From: the human T2T-CHM13v2.0 reference genome, Homo sapiens
Direction: 5' to 3' (one strand)
Length of the DNA stretch: 64,000 nt
Assembly (NCBI RefSeq): GCF_009914755.1
Contig: NC_060948.1
Position 1 is the first letter of the stretch; each line of letters starts with the position of its first letter. Positions 62,951-64,000 of this stretch are shown here, piece by piece. The notes beneath the pieces are model-generated. The model did no database searches, had not been told where the DNA came from, and worked only from the letters and a program-made list of their open reading frames with translations. A program made the position numbers and the translations under genes.

Positions 62951-63508
62951 GTTACAGTAGGTAGCTAGTCAGGCATAAGCAGGGCAGGAAAGGCTCTCCC
63001 CAGCCCCACCAGGAATGTCAGGCGAGCATCAGGCGGTTATTAAACTGTCTCTCTAAAATAATAATTGGTCACAGTCAGCACCAGGGAAAGGCTGTCTCCC
63101 AGTAAATAGAAAACACCTAAAGCTGGTGGTTAGCAGCTTCCCAATACGATCTCAGGAAGTGAGTGAGTGGGCTCAAGCATGCACACTGAGAAGCAAAACG
63201 GTGGAGTTTAACTGGTCTATAACCTTCTAGGAACATTCAGCTGGTGAAGGAAGAACGCCTCAAGTGAGCATGCGTCCAACTCCAGTAAACACACTGCGCA
63301 TGCTCCCCTCCCAAGTGCTGGCAGGCCACTGTGCATGTGGACAGCCCAACCCCAAGAGAAGACTCAGCGGAGAAGGGACACAAGACTCCAGAAGCATGCC
63401 AACCTATAAAACCCCAAGTCTGAAGGTCAACCGTACACTTGATCTCTTAGGTCAGCTACTTGGCCGTCTTCCAAGTGTACTTTCCTTCTTTTCATTCCTG
63501 CTCTAAAA
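62951..63508 (+). mobile_element. MER50-like LTR, followed by an Alu (63509-63812 -)
   Basis: TGTTACAGTAGGTAGCTAGTCAGGCAT...GCAGGGCAGGA start; TATA box CTATAAAA at ~63404. Confidence 0.65.
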
Positions 63509-63529
63509 CTTTTTTTTTTTTTTTTTTGA

Positions 63530-63720
<191 letters not shown>

Positions 63721-64000
63721 TAGGCTCGTCTCTAACTCCTGACCTCAGATGATCCTACCGCCTTGGCCTCCCAAAGTGCTGGAATTACAGGTGTGAGCCA
63801 CCGTGCCCAGCCTCAATTTTTCTTAAACTTCTCCAATCTGAGGCAAATGAAGAAAATTGGCATGGGGCCCCTTAATGTTGGGGAACCAATTGGGGTTCCC
63901 TGTGGCCCACCCAACCTTTGATCATGTTGTAAAGTCTTTTGTTTTAACTCCATCAATTTTCCTTTTCTTTGTTTCATTTCTTAATAATTATCTAAGGATT

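Overview
Repeat-dense primate DNA, very probably the human Y chromosome (Yq11.21) at the arylsulfatase F pseudogene ARSFP1. No intact protein-coding gene is supported, and nearly all listed ORFs are Alu, L1, ERV or low-complexity artefacts. Three ARSF-like exons lie on the minus strand (32240-32278, 21318-21467, 17422-17543). They show an apparently lost start codon and splice donor, a DD->DN change at the metal site, CSPSR->CSPSW at the catalytic motif and a nonsense codon. I found no downstream exons. A compound (TAGA)11(TACA)2(TAGA)2(TACA)2(TAGA)4 repeat matches the forensic marker DYS635/Y-GATA-C4 (21 units). There are three two-LTR, internally deleted proviruses, typed by primer-binding site: HERV-E (Glu, 8912-15474, +), ERV9/LTR12 (Arg, 24217-30474, -) and HERV-F-type (Phe, 45045-51565, -). 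The window also holds a 7SL retropseudogene, solo LTRs, L1 fragments, a MER53 MITE and about 35 Alu copies or fragments. I see no evidence for a new biological system. The most unusual structures are a 96-bp inverted templated insertion next to the STR, the discordant LTRs and CpG-rich leader of the HERV-F provirus, and a ~100-bp dispersed low-complexity duplication. Family and locus names come from recall, not database searches, and repeat boundaries are approximate unless a TSD or TG..CA end is cited.
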